Shown one piece after another: positions 11,878-24,539 of a stretch of 64,000 nucleotides of DNA (positions are counted from its first letter, which is position 1; the number at the start of each line of letters is the position of its first letter). A program made the position numbers and the translations under genes. The notes under the pieces are model-generated. The model did no database searches, had not been told where the DNA came from, and saw only the letters and a list, made by a program, of their open reading frames with translations. Origin of the DNA: Squalus acanthias (Eukaryota); the NCBI GenBank assembly GCA_030390025.1, contig CM059438.1:79918001-79982000 (forward strand), in the 5' to 3' direction.

Positions 11878-14800
11878 GCAAGAGTTAAAGATCACTCCTC
11901 TGGAGCCTAAAAGTGCAACAAAGCTACCCTGGAACAATAATCACTCTGGAGTCAGGAATGGGAAACCCTGTAATATAACGATTGGGTCAAGACCGTAATC
12001 CTCAGCATAACCCCGCTGAAGGGCAAGGCATGCAAAGCTCTGCCCAGAGGTTAAATAAGCAACTATTTTCTTTAATACAAGCTATTTTGGTGCTAAAATC
12101 AACAAAGGAAATTTGACCTAGATCACTATTGGAGGGAAACTTCAGAGCTTCCAATACCAAAATCTCTTTGGCATATACTCCAGAACATCTTTGCACCTAC
12201 TTCCCCAAACAGACCAATGCGCCGTGTCGTACCAGGGCAGACTTTTCTAAAAGTAATGGCACACAGTCATACTGACTGGTCCACCCATGTCTTCAATTAC
12301 CTGAGGAAGACAGAAATGCCTTGGGTTAGGTGACATTGTTGGAACCCATGTTACCTGTAAGGACCCTCATTTATCTGGCCAGAGCTTTTCATGTTGACAG
12401 TATTAAGATAGATAATGGGTCCACAGATCCAATGATCAAGAAGGATACCATCCAAGATAGCTTCAAAAAATTGTGTTCTCCACTCTTTTGGTATAATGAC
12501 CACACCAGATTCAGGTAAGATCCTTGGTATTTGCAACAACAGTACACATCATCGACTCAAAACCTCCGTTCAACTGCCACCCAGAGCCTCAGGCAATCTC
12601 CTATCGAGCCTCGTCTGCTTTACTCCCCCTAAACCACGCCAAATAGAATGGATCATCAGATCAATTGACAGATTTATTGTGGTTTTTATTTTGGAACGAA
12701 TGCAGAAGGCCATCCTTTTGCTGGAGGAAGAATGAAATTCCTCCTGACAAGCTTACTGAAAAAGTTGGTGCGAGTGCAAATCAGGAATGTTTATCCTCTC
12801 TTCCTTAGACACCTCATTTATAGGAAAGGCATATTAATAGCACACACAGATATTAAAGCCAAAACAAGAATATATAAAATTATCAAAGAAAATACCGAGA
12901 CAAATCAAAGAGAAATGTAAAATAAATTTTTCTTGCTGTGAATTTTTGTGCTCTTGTATGTGAGGGTCGTTAGTGCTGGGTACTGGAACACTTTCCATTT
13001 CAGGCACACAATTTCAGCATGAGCACCAAGTCAGGTGCATTGGAGTTAACTGTAGAGTCAATCTCCTTTACTCTTCCCAGTAATAAAACACGGCCCCAAC
13101 TTCAGAAGAGCATCCCCGACCTGCACTGGCTATCGTGTGACCTCTCTAAAAAGATTAGTGATGAATTAGACAGTTTTGTGCTGCAGCCATGCCCACTGCC
13201 AACTTGAATGAGACTGTCCAAAACCATTTTATGTCTGCTCCTTCCAGCCAGCAAACAGGAAAAAAAACTTTTGCCCCAGCAATCAGAACTGGATGTGAAC
13301 TCCACTCAGAGGTGAAAGATCGAACCTATTGTGTCATCCAGTCCCTAAAACAGATTCTTGGGTCAACTTCCTGAAAACAAACAGCACATTAAGGGCTCAT
13401 CTATGAACATTAGCAACAGGAGTAGGCCATTCAGCCCTTCGAACCTTGGGATCTGCACCTCATCTCTCCTCTAGTGTGAACAAACCATAAGATTCTTCCC
13501 AATCAGTGACATAAAATAAATCAAGATGGGGACAGGGGTGGGTGTACATGTGCTCTAGATGAAAAAGGTCTCTTAAAAAGGTAGATATCCATGTGATTTC
13601 CCAACTGCATGGAATAAGCATCCACTATATATGGAGCCTAATGAGTTAGGAAGAACTAGCTATCTGAACCGAATCACTTCATCATCCATATACAATTGCC
13701 TTCTGCTGATTCAGGTTTCTAAAAGAGTGGTTGGAATGATTCTTACCAAAGCATAAGTGAATAGTATTAAAAATGTTCAAAACAAAACTGAAAACAGCAG
13801 TAAAATATTCCATGATATTGGCTGACTAAAGATACACTGTGCTATTAAAATTGGATCTTTACGAATCTCTGTTGCCTCAAAGGTTGAATTTTGCCTTTTT
13901 GCCCTTAATCGCAGTTGAAATGCTCATGATTCACACACCAGGCAACAGCTTTTCTACCATCAAGTCCTTCAAGTCTGACTTGGTCATTACACTAAGGGGG
14001 GGAATGGGGGGCGGTAAGAATCCCCAAAGTCTCACTTTCTTTATAACATAAACAGAAACTGTGGATAATGGGCCCTTGCTGAATTCTCTGCACTTTAAGG
14101 CTCCCCATGGGATTTTGGTTTCACAGTTGTGACTGAAACTGCGTCAAGACAGCATTTCTGACTTGTACCTTAATGACATTGTAAACACAGAAGTAAGAGG
14201 GCAGAAGTGTATCGAAGGCTTGCTAATAACTGTCTTCAATCTGTCCTTTCTTTGCCTTAGTCCACGTACCTATAAAGCTTAGAGATTATTAACATACAGA
14301 ATGTATTTTTAGAATAAATACACACCAATCAGATAAAAACCTATCCTCAGAAAATCAGTTACAAATTTGAAACATAATCTATACAATTTGGGGGGGAAAT
14401 TCCACACATACAGCTTTAAAAAAAATCTTCAAAATTACATTATAATGTTGCAAAATATTTTCCTTTACTATTTCCACGCAGGTAAATTAAGATCTTTATA
14501 TGACCCAAAAGACAATAATAATGACCTATTTACTCTGCTCACTGATAATTTAGTTACTACACAAAGCTGCAGTACTGTGTTACAACAGTAACAGCAGTTT
14601 GTTTTGGGGTTTTTAAAAAAGGATTTTTCCAACTACAAAATGAATAAATTGTGAGAAATCAGACCAATGGAGGAAAAAAAACTGTGGAAGCTCCACCATC
14701 TCTGTCATTGTACAGGAAGAGAGTGCCGCCATTAACAAAATAGATCAAAACTCAGATTGAGTTTCCTTTCAATTTTAACGTAGTCCGATTACCGCCTGGA

Positions 14801-15139
14801 AACATTTTCACGTCAGTCACTTCTGGACAGTCAAAGTGAGGTGATGTGGAGGTTTTTTGTTAATCTTTTAAAATAAACTCTTTCAAGCATGGTTCACAGA
14901 TTAGGAAGACTTGTTACCCAAATGTTAGGGAGAGTAACCACATAATAAAGGCAGCAGCAGTTATCCTTTTTGTGAAGTGGCAGGGAAGGGTTTCATTTGC
15001 CTTTACTAACTTCATATGTACAGAAAAAAACACTGCCTGTATCCAAGTGGCACTTTTAACAGTAGCTTTAAAATACATAATTTCTAACATGTAATGTTTT
15101 TACTCATTAAGGCACAAGATGTCAGTGATGGTGAATTTC

Positions 15140-15465
15140 GAGCACCCAGTGCTGGCATTCAGCCTCCCAAGTCACAGTTAACACAGCCAGATACAGAGTA
15201 AAGTTTCCTTGGGCAAATAATGTGCTTTAACCCAATCCTTACAAAAGCGCCATCACTGCACCAATGTGATTTCTTTTCCATTTCCTACATCAGCCATCTT
15301 AAGATCTCTCCAAGACTGCCAATTTAGTGCCAAATTATAGGCGGTATTGTAATATAGGCCTATGCCCACAAGGTCAATGGTTGAAAAAGCCAAAACCTAT
15401 TAACTTAGCAACCCTCCAGTCGACAGAGGGACGTCCATTCCATCAACCAGAGTTGGATTCTAACT
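15140..15465 (-). mobile_element. Ancient SINE resembling LF-SINE; a related copy lies at ~13020-13330
   Basis: Minus strand ttggcactaaattggcagtcttggagag and gggttaaagcacatt resemble LF-SINE segments as I recall them. The 13020-13130 stretch shares the agagt-aa...gccccaac/aacccaatc...agcatc/agcgcc...ctgcac layout. Confidence 0.45.
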
Positions 15466-15469
15466 CAAG

Positions 15470-15780
15470 AACACCTTGTATTTTATATAGTGCCTTTAAC
15501 ATAGGAAAATGTCCCACGGCACTTTACAGGAGCGTAATTGGACAAAAGTTGATACCGAGCCAAAGGAGATACTAGGAGGGGTGACTAAAAGCTTGGTCAA
15601 AGAGGTAGGTGGTTTTAAGGAGCATCTCAGAGGAGAGCACGGTGGAGAGGTTTAAGGCAGGGATTTCCAGAGCTAGATGGTTGAAGGCACAGCCGCCAAT
15701 GGTGGGGCGAACAGAACAGGGGATGCGAAAGAGGCCAGAGTTGGAGAAACACAGAGTTCTCAGGTTACACAGGTGAAAGG
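15470..15780 (-). mobile_element. L2 LINE 3' fragment
   Basis: ttgtattttatatagtgcctttaac...gtgactaaaagcttggtcaaagaggtagg...ttttaaggag...ttccagagc is a typical reverse-complement L2 3' end. Confidence 0.7.
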
Positions 15781-17504
15781 CTAGTGCACAAACTCACTGT
15801 ATTACTCAATCTCTATCAGCATACAATTTTAATTTTTATTCATATGATTTTGTTGCTCCCTAGTGTACACGTTTACTGTTATTGACAATGTAAAGTACAT
15901 TCATACTCAGATTTCAATATTCAGTAAAATTTTTGTTGTCACTTTTTGTAACAAATAAAACTGAGACAGAATCCATTTTTGGATTGATGATGTGTTCAAA
16001 GAGTTAAAAATATTAAACATTGTACAGAAAATTTTGCTTTGATTCATAATGTCTGTTCAAATGCCAATATGCCTACATGCATTCACCATCTGTGACCTTC
16101 TCCTGACAGGCCTTTTACACAATCTTTGAAAACTCTTTTACCCAGCTATCAGCTCTCTTCAAAGCTGACACTGCAAGGGCTTGAATCAATCAATATTTGT
16201 CCATGCACAAATCAGGTTTTGCAAAGTAGGAGCCACAATTTCTCCCCTGAATATTTCCAAATCTAGTGTAAAGGAAGGGGTGGGGAGGGTGGGAAGAGTA
16301 ATTTGACAAACTCCAAACAATTTATGCAAATCTGTTTAACTGTTCACAGACAAACAAACATTTATTTAGCTTTTGAAATGCTTCCCTAATTTGAGTGTGT
16401 AACAATGAAAGAGAAGTAGGCTGAACCAAAGGGTAGCTTAACTGCTGTCCCACTGCATAAATATTCAGCTGAAGATTACAGGATTCATGTTCAGCCTTCT
16501 TAGGTTTCTCCAAAGTCCACATAGAATTCAAGGGAACAAAACTAGCGAGAAGTAGAGCAGATGTCAAACAATGCTGCAGTCTGTCCTTCCTTTCTCTCAA
16601 TCAGTACTTAGTCCTTTTATTTTCTCAGTCAATATGGCTGGGTCATTCAATGATTTTCCTATAGACTCACTGTATTGTAACCACAGATCTATGCACAGGG
16701 CCGCTGTCAGCATTCCCAAATTTCCCAATGAAAGGGCATTATGCTAATTCTCCGTCTCTTACTCACTCAATCTCTCCGGCTAGCCTCAAATGCAAACTCG
16801 CTGGAGTATCCCAAGTCCCAGCCTTCATTTCTTGCCTGTTCTGTTTGCCTTAGGGCCCTGCTGCTTGTTTTGACAGTGGATCCCCCCAGATAGTTGGGAT
16901 TAGTAGTGCTTGTTTAGATAAACTTGAATCAAGGCCTCCCAATGTACAAGATAGACACAGCTACTGAGATTCCAGCTGCCATATCCTTTCATCCAGATAA
17001 AACTGCATTTGCACAGTAGCTATTCAAACCAAAGGCTATGTCAGAAAAATAATATACTGAATGAGTGGCTGATAAAAGTAGTTTCATGCAATCTTCTGTG
17101 CTGATATAGGAAGACTTCTCAGTGCTGGAAACAAATGAAAGTAGAAGCAACACGACTGTCTCTAAGAGGGTTATTAAACAGGGAATACTACACCGTGTTT
17201 ACTAGCTGACAATCGTTTCATTTATCAAGTCTGCTTATGCTATTCAGTCTGGGGAGTTACATAGCGTAAACAGGCTCCGAAACTGTATGCAAGAGAATCT
17301 TGCAATATCAAACCCCTGCATTCACCGAGGGTCACATTTTAAGCCTTTTTCAGTCTCTAGTAGTTTTGAAATGAAGGAATTGGGATTTGTTCGTGTCACA
17401 GTCCACAGAAAGTACAGATCAGTCATATAAAGCTGAAGCATATGCATTTGTTTTTTTTTTAGTTAAACCTATGATAAAAGTGTATAGCATTACATTTTTC
17501 CATA

Positions 17505-20370
17505 AATGCATGGTATGTTATTGGCTCTGTTACTGGACTAGTAATCCAGAGAATGAGAGTTCAAATCCCACCATGGCAGTTTGAGAAAAAAAACACAGAA
17601 TCAAGAAAAGGTACCAGTAAAATTGACCATGAAGCTGTCGGATTGTCTTAAAAACCCAACTGATTCACTAACACTCATTAGGGAAGGAAACCTGCCATCG
17701 TTACCTGGTCTGGCCGATATGTAACTCCAGTCAACCACCAATGTGGGTGAGCCAAGACATACCCAGGGATGGTGATGGAGTAGTCTGGGAGGTTGGCTCA
17801 TTGGTATAGTTCTCCAATGATGACTATGCCAGGCTGTTGCTTGACTAGTCTGTGATATAGCTGTCACAACTTTGGCATCAGTTCCCAGATGTTAGCGAGC
17901 AGGGCTGGGTGCCTTTGTCGTGTCCTGAATCTATGCCAAGGTGGCAGCCGAATGGACCGTCCAGTTTTATTCTTTTGTTGCTTCCTCGTGGTTTGATAGA
18001 ACTAAGTGACTTGTTAGCCCACTTCAGAGGGCAGTTAAGAGTCAACCACATTGGCGGCTAAGATCAGTTAGAGAGATCAGAGATTTAGAAAAACTGGCTG
18101 GGCAGACCCCCAAAAGGTGGGGGAAACAATGGAATACAGTCGGGGGGTGGCCCTGGGAATCCTCAACATTGACTCCAGACCCCATGAAGTCTCATGGCTT
18201 CAGGTCAAACGTTGGCAAGGAAACTTCCTGCTGATTACTACCCAACATCCTCCCTCAGCTGAATCATTACCTCCTCACGTTGTACACCACTTCGAGGAAG
18301 CAACGGCACAGAATGTACTCTGGGTGGGACTTCAATGTTCATCATCAAGAGTGGCCTGGTAGTACCACCACTGACTGAGCCCTGAAGAACATAGCTACCA
18401 GACTGGGCTTGCAGCAGGTGGTAAGAGAACCAACATGAGGGAATAACCTACTTGACCTCATCTACACCAATCAATCTGTGACAGGCAATGTTCCCTTTAA
18501 GCCGCGCAGCGCTCTGCAGCTCCCATGCAGCCGGCTCACCGGCTTTTAAATAGGAAAAACAGCGCATGCATGGTATTTTGAATGGGCCGCGCACCCAAAA
18601 AAAATTAAAGTGAACATTGGTCACAGGTGCATCTGTCCATGACAGCATTGGTTGGAGTGGCCAACGCACAGTCCTCGTGAAGATCAAGGCCTGATTTCAC
18701 ACTGAGGACACCATCCATCGTGTGGCACTACTACCGTGCTACGTAGAACAGATTAAAAACAAATCTAGCAGCTTAAAACTGGGGATCCATGAGACGCTGT
18801 GGGCCATCAGCAGCATCAGAACTGTATATACCACAATCTGTAACTTTATGGCCTGGCATATCCCTCACTCCTCGATCACCATCAAGCCAGATAACCAATC
18901 CTGGTTCGATGAGGAGTGTAGAAGAGCATGCCGGAAAGCAGCACTAGGCGTACCTGAAAATCAGGTGCCAACCTCATGAAGCTACAACACAGGACTACAT
19001 GCTTGCTAAACAGCAGAAGCAGCATGTTATAGACAGAGCTAAGTGATCCCACAATCAATGGATCGTGTCAAAGCTCTGCTGTCCTCCCACATCCAGTCGC
19101 AAATGGTGGAGAATTCAGCAACTAACAGGAGGAGGAGGCTCCATCAACATCCACAATGCTGGCGGAGTCCAGCACGTGACTGCAAAAGACAAGGCTGAAA
19201 TATTCACACCATCTTCAGCCGAAGTGCCAAGTTGATAATCCTTCTTGGCCACATCCTGAGGTCCCAACCATCAAAGAAGCCAGTCTTCAGCCAATTCAAT
19301 TCACTCCACGTGACATCAAGAAACAGCTCAATGCACTAGACACAACAAATGTTATCGGCCCCGTCAACATCCCAGCCGTAGTGCTGAAGACCTGTGCTCC
19401 AGAACTTAGCTAAGCTCTTCCAGTAGAGCTACAACACTGGCCTCTACCAGACAACGTGGAAAATTGCCCAGGTATGTCCTGTCCACAAAAAGCAGGACAA
19501 ATCCATCGCCACCAATTGCCATTCCATTAGCCTATTCCCAATCATCAGCAATCTGATAAAAGGAGTCGTCAAGTGGCATGTACTCACCAATAACCTGTTC
19601 ACCAATGCTCAATTTGGGCCCTGCCAGAACCACTCCGCTCCAGACCTCATTACAGCCTTGGTCCAAACATGGACACAAGAGCTAATTTTCAGAGGTGAGC
19701 TGAGAGTGACTGCCTTTGGCATCAAGGTAGCTTTTGACAGAGTGTGGCATCAAGGAGCCCAAGTAAAACTGAAGTCAATGTGGATCAGAGTGAAAACTCT
19801 CCAGTGGCTGGAGTCACACCTGGCACAAAGGAAGATGGTTGTATTTGTTGGAGACCAATTATTTCAGCCTGCAGGAGTTTCTCAGGGCAGTGCCCTAGAC
19901 CCAACTATCTTCAGCTGCTTCATCAATGTCCTTCCCTCTATCATATGGTCAGAAGTGGGGCTGTTTGCTGATGATTGCAGTGTTCAGTTCCATTTGCAAT
20001 TTCTCAGATAATGAAGCAATTCATGCCGACATGCAGCAAAACCTGGACACCGTCCAGGCTTGAGCTGACATGACAAGTAACATTCGCACCACACAAGTGT
20101 CAGGCAATGACCATCACCAACAAAAGAGAGCATAACCACCTCCCCTTGACATTCAATGGCATTACCATTGCCGAGTCCCCCACCATAAACATCCTGGAGG
20201 TCACCAGTGACCAGAAACTCAACTGGACCACCCACATATATGCCGTGGCTACTAGAGCAGGTCAGAGGCTGGGTATTCTGTGACAAGTAACTCACATCCT
20301 AACTCCCTAAAGCCCCTCTACCACCTGCAAGTCAGGAGTGTGATGGATATGCTCCACTTGCCTGGATCCT
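17505..20370 (+). mobile_element. Decayed CR1-group LINE (endonuclease plus RT) with a tRNA-like head, an internal inversion and a nested MITE
   Basis: B-box GTTCAAATCC at 17559-17568. Endonuclease remnants GVALGILNIDSRPHEVSWLQVK; RT remnants KVAFDRVWHQG, GVSQGSALDPTIFSCFIN and GLFADDC. Many stops and frameshifts. Confidence 0.85.
18486..18619. mobile_element. hAT-type MITE nested in the LINE
   Basis: TIRs CAATGTTCCCTTTAA / TTAAAGTGAACATTG (14/15 match) and an 8-bp TSD GTGACAGG / GTCACAGG. Confidence 0.85.
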
Positions 20371-23300
20371 TTTCACTCAGTTGCACCAAAAACACTCGAT
20401 TGCCCCGCCTCCTTTTTTCACACCAAACTGGTGCATTGACCCTTGGGATTGCTGACAGCATTACATTTACCTCCAAAGCCTCCACCTATCCATAATTTGT
20501 TTTTACAAAAACTGTTCTAAACAGGGAATGTTCCCTCCTTGCTTAAGCTTTCATGCTCCAATAGTGAGCTGTTTTCAGCTAGTTTCCAGTTATGTTTGGC
20601 ACAATACTTGATTATTTTCAACTAAAATCAGAGACATTTTGACACCAGAATTATTTAGTGCTTGAAGCTTGCATAAATTTTAACGTCACCATCTTTATCA
20701 AATGTTTTAAGATAGAAAGTCAGATCAGCAATGGGGTTGCTGAAATGAATGCCCAAGAACCCTGGAAGTAGCTCTGTATGGAGTTAAATTATGACTAGTT
20801 GAAAGAGACTCGCCAGTTCAAGTTCAGTACTAGCGCCTGCAATACCAGCACAGTACAAGTCTGGTATTTGTACCACTCAATCGTCACCACAAACATGCTT
20901 TGGTTTGACAAGTTCAGTGTTAAGATTCTGAACAGGATTTTGTTTTATAGTATTTGAAAAGTTCAGTGTTTAAATTTCAAATGGAGATAATGTTAAAACC
21001 TGGCAATATTTGCCAGGTCATTATTCAATAGTACTGTCATGCAGTTATTACAATAACTACTTGGGAATGTGAGTTATACAGTTGGCATCAAGAAAATTTT
21101 AATGAATCTATCCTGATGTCTACATTTCCTGTTAAGAATCAGTGCAAGTTAAGTGCTAGCATGATGGGCCTAAACTCCAAAAGCCCAAGCAGATGATTTA
21201 AGTTAATAAGGCTGCCCCGACAGCTGTTGCAGCAGCTCCTACCGCCTAGAACACAGGGGCATACTGGTGACACAAGTGGGCTACTAACATGCTGAAAGTG
21301 ACAACAGTCAATAATGCAGTGAAATGAACAAACATATGTGTTTTCAAGATTTGTTTTGCACAAAAGCCAAACAGTTTTAAGTGGCTACTTAAATTAATAG
21401 AAGCATGATTATGTCCCCGTACCACTTAAGCCACATTACCAAGGCAGCACAAGTCATTGCATAAATAAGGTGAACCGTGTTATGTTCATCATAGCACAGG
21501 ATGTTGTAAGAGAGAATCAGACCATATTTCACTTTTATGAACCCATAGTCATTAAGGTGCTGCTGTTAAATTAGAAATGTTTCTAGCTGTACAGCTTCCT
21601 GGTATGATCTCTACCCTCTTGCAAGACCTGCCTTCAGCAGAGACTATGGACCACGTGATGGGTTTTCTCTGCTCTTTCAATACATTCTAATTATTGTCGG
21701 CACTGTGCTTTGCAAAAAGGAGCAGTACAATACAAAAGTAGTTTAAGGGCAGTAGTTACTCTTTTTTCTTGCTGACTTGTACAATTAATTTAAATGATAT
21801 TTTAAATCCCAGAGGCGGAGTATTTTCTGAAATACGTTGTAAAGCAAGCATTAAATTTCTATCTGTAGAAAAATAAGTATTGCCTCAAAATATAGCAAAC
21901 ATATAGCAGAGGAGATGCAAAAAGCCAGCAAAGGATAAAGTTGCTATTGATTATAATTAGAATCAACAAATCCAACTTTAAATTTTGGATTAACAATGGC
22001 AAAAGGCTCGGAGCAGCTCATCTGAATGCTGCCCTGACTGGCAGAGGAGAGGCCTTAAAACAAGAACAGATTTTTTTTTTTTTTTTTTTACAGAAGAAAA
22101 ACATTCGGGGAGATGTCAGTAAATCGTAATTATTTTGAAAGTTGAAGTATTTGGTGGTCAAAATATACAAAACAAAATATACATAATTAACCATGTATTT
22201 CAAACTATACATCTCTTTCGAACTTCGATTCTAAGATTGATAGATTGCACGGAGGCCCACAGGTGTCTCAATGAATACAATTAAATAGTGAATATCGGAT
22301 ACCTAGGCGTGATTACAAGGGAAGTCATCTGATTCATGGATTTGGGAAATCTCAAACACAATAGCAAAGTTTGCGTGTCTTAAAAATAATCTAAATCCCA
22401 AGATGATATCCCAACCTAGCACTCAAGGTTTCTTTTCCATTACAAACTAGTGGATCTCCCGTGCCACTGTGCATGGATAAAAGATGTTCAAAGTAAAATA
22501 TTTTTCCCACCAAAGCCTTCAACTTTCAAAAGTTGAAGTATTTCGATTCAACATATTAAATAGTCTGCCTTTCAGTGAGTGCAGACAGATTTTTTTTTTT
22601 AAACTATACCTGCATGTTATAGCTACATAAATAAATGTGTCACTCATACATAGCAGTTGCATAAATAATGTTAGATGAGCAGAAGTGTAGATGCACAATA
22701 CTGTGAAGATAAAACCAAAACTAAATAGATTCTAATTTATATGGCCAGTAACAGGACAGTTGAAGATGGGGAAGTATGTAATACTGGTTAGACTTTAACA
22801 CATTAGCACTTATAGTGCTAGGAGTGGACATACTGACTGCTACACTGTATCCTTAAAAGAAACTTTACACAGGATAGCCATAATATGCTATAAACTCAAC
22901 AGGTTTATTTTTATTGAGAAGAAATAAGGGGCTAGAAATTCAGTACCTTAGCGCCTCCTGTTGGGTGCTAAGGGCTCATCGCCCGGGCGCGGCGATTCCA
23001 ACACCGCCCGTGAAATTCAGTCGGCATTTAGCGCCGGCGCTAACACTTAGTGCCTGGCCCTCTAGAGCCGCTCAGACCGTGACGTCAATGAGTGTGCAAC
23101 AACCCATTAGTGCCCTGGATGCAAAATTCAGTCGCTGCCCCTGACTTACCACCTGGCACTGAGAACGGCAGAAACCGCAGGCGTCGATACCTGGGATTGC
23201 CGCTCCTGGGGTGCTATTTAAAGGGATCACTTACCGGTCAGATTTATTGCTGGCTTGTCAGATAGCATTTTGGCTGTGTTCACATTTTCTCCATGTTTGC

Positions 23301-23371
23301 TTTGTTGCTTCTCTAACAATTTCTTCACTTGTATTGCTCTGAACATTTCTATGTCCTCTCTTCTCTCATTT

Positions 23372-24447
23372 ATGGGGGCTGTGCTGGCACTCCACCTTGC
23401 CCTCCGGCAACTACGTCGGAGGCAGCGGACGCAGAGATAGAGATTGCCAAATGTGGCCAGAGGGAGGAGGAGGGCCGACAGACCTCACAACAGGAGGCCT
23501 TACCCTCTCAGGGTATTCCGGGAGCACTTCTCCTACATTCATCTCTCAGAGGAGCAGTGCCTTAGAAGGCTCTGCTTCAGCAAGGAGGTGGTCACAGGGC
23601 TCTGCCACCTCCTGCAGCCAAGCCTCAGCTCAGGATCAGGATGTCTCTCTCAGTGGCAGTTAAGGTCACAGTTGCTCTCAATTTCTACGCCAGCGGCTCC
23701 TTCCAGGCTTCAACAGGGGATATTGCAAAGGTTTCGCAGTTCGCCGTCCATTGCTGCAACCGGGAGGTAACAGACGCTCTCTACAAAAGGAGAAGGGAGT
23801 ACATCTCATTCCCCATCACCAGAAAGAAGCAGGACAAACGCTCATGTGGCTTTGCAAGGATAGTGGGATTCCCCATGGTTCAGGGCGCCACTGACTGCAT
23901 CCACGTGGCATTGTGGGCACCTCATCACAATGTAGAGGTATTCCGTAACCGCAAAAGCTACCACTCTCTGAACATTCAGTTGGTGTGCGACCACAGACAG
24001 TTCATCCTGCCAAGATACAGTCATCCTGCGACAGACTGGTGTCCCAGCACTGTTCCACCCACCACATGAAGGTCGCGGCTGGCTGCTCGGAGACAAGGGT
24101 TATCCCCTCCGCAACCCCAACACTCCTGCTCAGCACACATACAATGACAGCCATACCGCCACCAGGAACCTAATCGAACACACTATCGGGGTGCTAAAGC
24201 AACGGTTCCGCTGCCATGACCGCTCTGGAGGAGCCCTGCAGTACTCCCCTGATCGAGTCTCCCTTTTCATTGTTGTTTGCTGCATGCTGCACAACCTGAG
24301 CCCAGCCATTGCCACCAGGGATTGGAGGTCCACCTCAGGAGGAGGAAGAGGAGGAGGAGCAACAGCAACGGAGGAGGGAGCCACTCAATCTTGCTTCTGC
24401 AAGGGCCGATCGTGAGCGCCACATTAGACACCGCTTCCAATCAATGA
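23372..24447 (+). pseudogene. Harbinger (HARBI1-like, DDE_Tnp_4) transposase, frameshifted
   Basis: Fragments [89 protein letters not shown] and [14 protein letters not shown]...GGALQYSP...IVVCCMLHN, spread over different frames. The PGSxHD segment is deleted. Confidence 0.92.
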
Positions 24448-24539
24448 TATATCACCTGGCGTTTGCGCAGTACAACTACATTATTATGTCCAGCTCGCAG
24501 CCCCCATGAGAAACATCACAAAATGTGCAATGTCAAATT

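Larger units (their letters stand above)
10430..12750 (-). pseudogene. Highly decayed DIRS-type (tyrosine-recombinase retrotransposon) RT region with flanking coding remnants; outer boundaries uncertain
   Basis: With the nested insertions removed, the minus strand gives FNSCYFVLPKKG, then PTLDQRKLNKCLR...PGDLMTAKDLNNA...HAKFLSFKVMGEHYCKVLFFDL...KCMSV...SVCSYRGD, then LVPSRILLLGI. This is colinear with the DIRS RT pattern FYSRYF.VPKK / PILDLR.LN / GDW...DLKDAY / FLRF / LPFGL / YLDD / LVP.Q.I.FLG. Confidence 0.68.

Noticed and set aside
17505-17580. Functional tRNA gene (also considered for the heads at 29390, 32400 and 37240)
   Set aside because: Only A/B-box remnants are present, with no full cloverleaf, and each continues into a SINE or LINE body.
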